DNA from: Bilabrum cf. latius
Lineage: Eukaryota
Assembly (NCBI GenBank): GCA_965178125.1
Contig: OZ237769.1
Coordinates: 186,001 to 250,000 of the forward strand
Length of the DNA stretch: 64,000 nucleotides
Direction of reading: 5' to 3'
The notes beneath the pieces were generated by a model. That model worked only from the letters and a program-made list of their open reading frames with translations. It was not told where the DNA came from and searched no databases. The position numbers were made by a program, and so were the translations under genes. Shown here in pieces: positions 56,502 to 64,000 of the stretch. Within the stretch, counting starts at the first letter, position 1, and the number at the start of each line of letters is the position of its first letter.

Positions 56502-58296
56502 ATTGCTGCTGCTGCTGCTATTGCTGCTGCTGCTGCTATTGCTGCTGCTGTTCCTGTGGCATCGGGGCACTCTCAGGCCCAAACTGTTCCTCGTCCGCTT
56601 GACCTGCCACAAGCACGCCATAAGAGTCAGCAGATCCGACCGAACCAGACTCCCAACAACGTCCCCTCAGCGAGCCAGGCAGCGACACACCATCTACATC
56701 CGTGCCAGACAAAGACCCGAGCTGGCTGCCGGCATCCTCACTCGTCACACTCCTACCACTTCTCATCCTGTGGTCATGCATCCGGAGCCATTGCCCAGTC
56801 AGCCCCGAGTCCATGCTCCCCGCCACTGACCCGCCATCACGCGCCTCCCCTTCCCGTCCAGCGCTTGCCATGGCCTCCAGCTGTCTGCGCACGTCCGCGG
56901 CATCGGAGGCGCGCAATTGGGCTAGGCCGGTGCCAGCCAGGTGGTTCGTCAGGGGTGCAAGGCGTGCTGCTGGCTGTCGCCTCGATCTGCTCCTGCCCTG
57001 CTCCAGCAACTGCTGCTGTGGCTGTGATGCTTGGGGCTAATCGACCCCACCATTAAGCCTTCCGGTCATCCTGCTCACTGGATCGTGCGACGACTGAAGG
57101 CCTCCCGGACCGCCCAGACCCCCTATGCCTAGAGCACTCTCTCCATTTCTTAGGATTCGCCGGGCCATGTGCCCCACGCTACTCTCCGACATACCGCTTC
57201 CAACGCTATTTGGAGTGTCTTCACCGCCATCACCACCCCCACCGTCTACATTTTGGCCGCTCATCTGAAGCGGGTCTGTGCGGATGCCTGCAGAGTCCAA
57301 GGAGGAGACGGCCTGAGGGTTGCGGATGGAAAGGGGGGACACAGCCACACCCGTCCTAAGGGTTGTTCCTCGACTTGTTCCCTGGACAGGAAGCTGATCC
57401 CCACTTGTAGGCTATTGTGCAGCTGCCCTCCGTCGTACCCTACTGACCCTACTGACCCTACTGACCCTCATGGATCGTCCTGGGCCTGCTCGGCCTCCCT
57501 GCTGCCTCATGAGCCGCTGCTCCATCGGCAGCTCCTCCTCCTCCTCATCCTCCTCCTCCTCATCCTAGTGCGCATGTCCGTGCGCATCCTCGCCCATGGG
57601 AGTCCCTTGGGTGCCCGTGGAGCTCCCGCCCATGCTGATCTCACCCTGTGGCTGGCCCGGCTCTTCGCTCCGCCCCTGCTGCTGCCCCTGCCCCTGCTCC
57701 TGCCTCCTCCGTGGGCTCCCCGCGACTCGCACCGTCGCAGCGCCAGCGGCATGGTCAGCAGCCGAGTGTGCTGTCGCTGCTGCTGCTTGCCCATCCGGCT
57801 GAGAACCTGCCTGCATCGTTGCGACTGCTGCCTCCAATGCTCTGGGCGTCGGTCTCAAGATCTCGGGCATCTGGGATGGATCTCCGGTGAGGATGGCCTC
57901 GCCCAACCATTTGGTAAATTGGCTCTTGGTTGATGAGATCCTCGCCATGATCTAAGCAGCTAGTGGGGCAAACCATGGCTTCTTGTTGATATTGCTCCTG
58001 TTTAGAGCCTTCTGCCTGGATGCCAGGTCCCTCTTGGCCGTCTATTGAGCCTCAATTAACTCGGTCGATCCGGGCTAGAATCGTCGAGCCGCTGCGATCA
58101 TCCTGAGGGCAATCGGTTTCAAACTTGTGATGTAATCTTGTCCTGTATGATTCGCACCTTCAATGGTCGAAAGCCACGTTTGCAGGTGACCTGGCCGCTC
58201 TGGTACAGGAACCCTTGGTCCTATCATGCTGCCGCTGGAACGACCAGAAGCAGGAGCGCCATGATCGGGCGAATCGCCAGGACGTCGCGGATTCAT
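55933..58296 (-). CDS. Tandem-family paralog E (C-type)
   Basis: A 788-codon frame whose polyQ tract contains TAG codons (CAG CAA TAG CAG). Ends in TGA at 55933. Confidence 0.68.
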
Positions 58297-59834
58297 ATTC
58301 AAAACAAGCAACTCGTTTGGCTTAGTGACTGTTTATCTGCATGGATGGGCTCGAACGGTAGAAAATGGAGCTGGAACCGGTGGCATAAATTATCATTTCG
58401 CCTTTTCAAGCGCTTGTTTGAGGATACTGTAGTACTAATATACCAAACTCACCGCAATACGTAACAATTTTGTTTCTGGTGCTTTATAGCAGGAATGATC
58501 CGAAGTCGGAGCGTAGTAGGCCTATTGCATCCGCCAATCTCCAGATCCGCTAAGTGCTCGCAACAATGATCCGATGGTGTCTGTGGTGGCTTGGTGACCA
58601 GATGGAAATATGGCCTAAATCTAGAGTACGGTTGACTCGCTATGTATGATTTTAAGGCCTATTCCATTTGTCAGCCACCCCACGAAGAAACCGACCCTTC
58701 CCTGGCCTGCTTGCTTGCTCACATCACGGCTGTTGATTCTCGTGAGGACTCACCTACGCCGGCTACCCAGGTATGCCTGAGACTACTTGAAGGCCGCCAG
58801 TCACGGCCATGCAGTGTAGGACAGGGTGCAACGGGGCCGCAGCTTCGAGTCGAAGCGCACTAATTGCTCCTTGCAACAAACAAGGGGGAAAGGGGTAGCC
58901 AAGGCTCGTGGTAGCACTACACTACTCCACTGGTAGCACCAGCCTACACGATGCCCACGTCGCCAATGGCTGGCACTGGCATGCCTCATATGACCATGGG
59001 GCAGCATGGTGCGCAAATCATAGCTATAAGCTGCATGGATTTCCGCAGGCGCAATGCTATCCAGGTTGGAGGGGCCTGCAGCATATGCCCAAGCCGCCAG
59101 AGGCCAGACGCAGCTGGAAACAACAGCAAGGCTGTACGACTTACCGCATCGGATCCCGGATATTTAGACCTTATCTCGTTTTCCCAACAAATGTGTTCCT
59201 TCACCACCTTTCGTATTCCGCTGAAATATGGCTTCCATCCACATCCATGGATCTGAACATGCCACAGAAATTGTCGTCATTGGACCACCAGACAGCCTTT
59301 GCCCCGCTTCGTCTTCCTGCGCTTTCTTGGCTGACTCGTTGCATATTTGCCGACAATGTTTATGGTCACAACTGCTATGCGCGCTTGATAGATGACACAC
59401 TATAGTCAATTTCTACTGAGTAGTCGAGCTATCGCACGACAAAGTTGCCGGCTTTGCCCACACGTGTGTACCCCTACCGGTTCCAGTTCCGGCATTGTGG
59501 CTCAGGGCAATTACCCAGGCGTCCACAAACGGCCCAGCTCAGGCGGAATCGTTGAGAGTCCATCAATTGTATTCCAGTCAGGGAAAGCTGTGTAACTTGC
59601 CGCTCGTTAGGCCTAGTAAAGTGCGACTTTCGCTCCGATACGCTAGCAGTAGGTTAGATCATATCACAATGCATCCATGATAGAGCAAGAAGGGCTTGTG
59701 CAGTGTAGACATCAGTTCGATCACGAACTGTTCTTGATCCGGATTTTGCACGTACAGCTTCCAGTAACGTATTAAACGCACCATCTGAACAACAGGAAGC
59801 CGAGCAACAACAATAGCAACAGCAACAGCCAGCA

Positions 59835-60343
59835 TCACTTCCCGCCATCCCTTCTCCGCTGCTTCCTTGGCCTCTCATCCTCCTCACTCCCATCACCATC
59901 CCTCTCTTTATCCCGACCCCCAGCCTAGCGGCTGCGCACTCGGCCCAGACCCGTCTCACTCCCTGCTGTCCCCCCAACACACAGATCCCCCCGAATCATC
60001 GCAGCTTCCTATCCTTGCCCAACTCCCTGTGCCCCACTCCATGCCTGCCCCACTTCGGCTGACTGCCCCCACCCGCGGTCGGCATCATCGCCCTGGCCTA
60101 CCCCTGCCCCATCGTGCATGATTGCATTAGATGAAGCAGCACCTGCTGACTGCCCCCACCCGCGGTCGGCATCATCGCCATGGCCTACACCTGCCGCATC
60201 GTGCATGATTGCATCAGATGAAGCAGCACCGGCTGACTGCCCCCACCCGCGGTCGGCATCATAGCCCTGGCCTACCCTTGCCCCATCGTGCATGATTGCA
60301 TTAGATGAAGCAGCACCTGCACCTGATTCATTCATATCATGTG

Positions 60344-60382
<39 letters not shown>

Positions 60383-62177
60383 ATTGCTGCTGCTGCTGCT
60401 ATTGCTGCTGCTGCTGCTATTGCTGCTGCTGTTCCTGTGGCATCGGGGCACTCTCAGGCCCAAACTGTTCCTCGTCCGCTTGACCTGCCACAAGCACGCC
60501 ATAAGAGTCAGCAGATCCGACCGAACCAGACTCCCAACAACGTCCCCTCAGCGAGCCAGGCAGCGACACACCATCTACATCCGTGCCAGACAAAGACCCG
60601 AGCTGGCTGCCGGCATCCTCACTCGTCACACTCCTACCACTTCTCATCCTGTGGTCATGCATCCGGAGCCATTGCCCAGTCAGCCCCGAGTCCATGCTCC
60701 CCGCCACTGACCCGCCATCACGCGCCTCCCCTTCCCGTCCAGCGCTTGCCAAGGCCTCGAGCTGTCTGCGCACGTCGGCGGCATCGGAGGCGCGCAATTG
60801 GGCTAGGCCGGTGCCAGCCAGATGGTTCGTTAGCGGTGCAAGGCGCGATGCTGGCTTCCGCCTCGGCCTGCTCCTGCCCTGCTCCAGCAACTGCTGCTGT
60901 GGCTGTGATGCTTGGGGCTAATCGACCCCACCATTAAGCCTTCCGGTCATCCTGCTCACTGGATCGTGCGACGACTGAAGGCCTCCCGGACCGCCCAGAC
61001 CCCCTATGCCTAGAGCACTCTCTCCATTTCTTAGGATTCGCCGGGCCATGTGCCCCACGCTACTCTCCGACATACCGCTTCCAACGCTATTTGGAGTGTC
61101 TTTACCGCCATCACCACCCCCACCGTCTACATTTTGGCCGCTCATCTGAAGCGGGTCTGTGCGGATGCCTGCAGAGTCCAAGGAGGAGACGGCCTGAGGG
61201 TTGCGGATGGAAAGGGGGGACACAGCCACACCCGTCCTAAGGGTTGTTCCTCGACTTGTTCCCTGGACAGGAAGCTGATCCCCACTTGTAGGCTATTGTG
61301 CAGCTGCCCTCCGTCGTACCCTACTGACCCTACTGACCCTACTGACCCTCATGGATCGTCCTGGGCCTGCTCGGCCTCCCTGCTGCCTCATGAGCCGCTG
61401 CTCCATCGGCAGCTCCTCCTCCTCCTCATCCTCCTCCTCCTCATCCTAGTGCGCATGTCCGTGCGCATCCTCGCCCATGGGAGTCCCTTGGGTGCCCGTG
61501 GAGCTCCCGCCCATGCTGATCTCACCCTGTGGCTGGCCCGGCTCTTCGCTCCGCCCCTGCTGCTGCCCCTGCCCCTGCTCCTGCCTCCTCCGTGGGCTCC
61601 CCGCGACTCGCACCGTCGCAGCGCCAGCGGCATGGTCAGCAGCCGAGTGTGCTGTCGCTGCTGCTGCTTGCCCATCCGGCTGAGAACCTGCCTGCATCGT
61701 TGCGACTGCTGCCTCCAATGCTCTGGGCGTCGGTCTCAAGATCTCGGGCATCTGGGATGGATCTCCGGTGAGGATGGCCTCGCCCAACCATTTGGTAAAT
61801 TGGCTCTTGGTTGATGAGATCCTCGCCATGATCTAAGCAGCTAGTGGGGCAAACCATGGCTTCTTGTTGATATTGCTCCTGTTTAGAGCCTTCTGCCTGG
61901 ATGCCAGGTCCCTCTTGGCCGTCTATTGAGCCTCAATTAACTCGGTCGATCCGGGCTAGAATCGTCGAGCCGCTGCGATCATCCTGAGGGCAATCGGTTT
62001 CAAACTTGTGATGTAATCTTGTCCTGTATGATTCGCACCTTCAATGGTCGAAAGCCACGTTTGCAGGTGACCTGGCCGCTCTGGTACAGGAACCCTTGGT
62101 CCTATCATGCTGCCGCTGGAACGACCAGAAGCAGGAGCGCCATGATCGGGCGAATCGCCAGGACGTCGCGGATTCAT
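59835..62177 (-). CDS. Tandem-family paralog F (C-type)
   Basis: A 781-codon frame, near-identical to D and E. Ends in TGA at 59835. Confidence 0.68.
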
Positions 62178-63715
62178 ATTCAAAACAAGCAACTCGTTTG
62201 GCTTAGTGACTGTTTATCTGCATGGATGGGCTCGAACGGTAGAAAATGGAGCTGGAACCGGTGGCATAAATTATCATTTCGCCTTTTCAAGCGCTTGTTT
62301 GAGGATACTGTAGTACTAATATACCAAACTCACCGCAATACGTAACAATTTTGTTTCTGGTGCTTTATAGCAGGAATGATCCGAAGTCGGAGCGTAGTAG
62401 GCCTATTGCATCCGCCAATCTCCAGATCCGCTAAGTGCTCGCAACAATGATCCGATGGTGTCTGTGGTGGCTTGGTGACCAGATGGAAATATGGCCTAAA
62501 TCTAGAGTACGGTTGACTCGCTATGTATGATTTTAAGGCCTATTCCATTTGTCAGCCACCCCACGAAGAAACCGACCCTTCCCTGGCCTGCTTGCTTGCT
62601 CACATCACGGCTGTTGATTCTCGTGAGGACTCACCTACGCCGGCTACCCAGGTATGCCTGAGACTACTTGAAGGCCGCCAGTCACGGCCATGCAGTGTAG
62701 GACAGGGTGCAACGGGGCCGCAGCTTCGAGTCGAAGCGCACTAATTGCTCCTTGCAACAAACAAGGGGGAAAGGGGTAGCCAAGGCTCGTGGTAGCACTA
62801 CACTACTCCACTGGTAGCACCAGCCTACACGATGCCCACGTCGCCAATGGCTGGCACTGGCATGCCTCATATGACCATGGGGCAGCATGGTGCGCAAATC
62901 ATAGCTATAAGCTGCATGGATTTCCGCAGGCGCAATGCTATCCAGGTTGGAGGGGCCTGCAGCATATGCCCAAGCCGCCAGAGGCCAGACGCAGCTGGAA
63001 ACAACAGCAAGGCTGTACGACTTACCGCATCGGATCCCGGATATTTAGACCTTATCTCGTTTTCCCAACAAATGTGTTCCTTCACCACCTTTCGTATTCC
63101 GCTGAAATATGGCTTCCATCCACATCCATGGATCTGAACATGCCACAGAAATTGTCGTCATTGGACCACCAGACAGCCTTTGCCCCGCTTCGTCTTCCTG
63201 CGCTTTCTTGGCTGACTCGTTGCATATTTGCCGACAATGTTTATGGTCACAACTGCTATGCGCGCTTGATAGATGACACACTATAGTCAATTTCTACTGA
63301 GTAGTCGAGCTATCGCACGACAAAGTTGCCGGCTTTGCCCACACGTGTGTACCCCTACCGGTTCCAGTTCCGGCATTGTGGCTCAGGGCAATTACCCAGG
63401 CGTCCACAAACGGCCCAGCTCAGGCGGAATCGTTGAGAGTCCATCAATTGTATTCCAGTCAGGGAAAGCTGTGTAACTTGCCGCTCGTTAGGCCTAGTAA
63501 AGTGCGACTTTCGCTCCGATACGCTAGCAGTAGGTTAGATCATATCACAATGCATCCATGATAGAGCAAGAAGGGCTTGTGCAGTGTAGACATCAGTTCG
63601 ATCACGAACTGTTCTTGATCCGGATTTTGCACGTACAGCTTCCAGTAACGTATTAAACGCACCATCTGAACAACAGGAAGCCGAGCAACAACAATAGCAA
63701 CAGCAACAGCCAGCA

Positions 63716-64000
63716 TCACTTCCCGCCATCCCTTCTCCGCTGCTTCCTTGGCCTCTCATCCTCCTCACTCCCATCACCATCCCTCTCTTTATCCCGACCC
63801 CCAGCCTAGCGGCTGCGCACTCGGCCCAGACCCGTCTCACTCCCTGCTGTCCCCCCAACACACAGATCCCCCCGAATCATCGCAGCTTCCTATCCTTGCC
63901 CAACTCCCTGTGCCCCACTCCATGCCTGCCCCACTTCGGCTGACTGCCCCCACCCGCGGTCGGCATCATCGCCCTGGCCTACCCCTGCCCCATCGTGCAT
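63716..64000 (-). CDS. Tandem-family paralog G, 3' end only
   Basis: Matches the 3' ends of E and F; truncated by the window edge. Confidence 0.6.

Larger units (their letters stand above)
1..64000. other. Variant nuclear genetic code: TAG = sense (most likely Gln); TGA and TAA = stop
   Basis: Dozens of in-frame TAGs lie inside otherwise continuous conserved CDSs on both strands. Several occupy conserved Gln sites or poly-CAG runs, or sit opposite CAG in paralogs. The inferred gene ends are TGA or TAA. Confidence 0.95.
52640..64000. repeat. ~3.9-kb near-identical tandem units (periods 3902 and 3881 bp), each a C-type gene plus a B-type relic; continues past the window end
   Basis: ORF-track offsets 53267/57169/61050 and 54740/58642/62523. 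The 21-bp period difference equals 7 CTG units in the polyQ tract. Confidence 0.95.

Noticed and set aside
52640-64000. 3.9-kb tandem array as a pure assembly artefact
   Set aside because: The copies differ by SNP blocks, polyQ length and 87-bp unit number, and older diverged paralogs lie adjacent. The exact copy number still needs read support.
1-64000. tRNA (including a suppressor tRNA-CUA), rRNA or eRF1 gene
   Set aside because: None was recognisable by eye in this window; a covariance-model search would be needed to exclude small RNAs.

Overview
This is GC-rich nuclear DNA from a compact eukaryotic genome (a protist by inference), with short GT-AG introns and short intergenic gaps. The main result is a non-standard genetic code: TAG is read as a sense codon, most likely Gln, while TGA and apparently TAA remain stops. 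In-frame TAGs fall at conserved Gln positions (PDCD2 'C*LYAPL' and 'RC*LPKQN', RCC1 'G*LG'), inside poly-CAG tracts, and opposite CAG in paralogous copies. Reading TAG as Gln joins the fragmented ORF track into intact genes. The first 33 kb holds an LRR protein, a GH110-like glycosidase, PABPN1, ABCE1, tepsin, a MAK-type kinase, PDCD2, OTUD6, ERH, a PH+RCC1 protein, a probable GPI-anchored Cys-rich protein, eEF1B-gamma, ASCC1 and two small secreted/membrane proteins. From 33.4 kb to the end lies a minus-strand tandem family of unknown low-complexity proteins, amplified as ~3.9 kb units. One unit is interrupted by an ~8.15 kb APE-RT non-LTR retrotransposon that also uses TAG as sense and has an unusual N-terminal region (hydrophobic segments, RG/polyQ, possible OTU-like protease). 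A 9-mer, TGTGACGAG, is strongly over-represented across genes and intergenic DNA. All gene models were derived by hand, without database searches.
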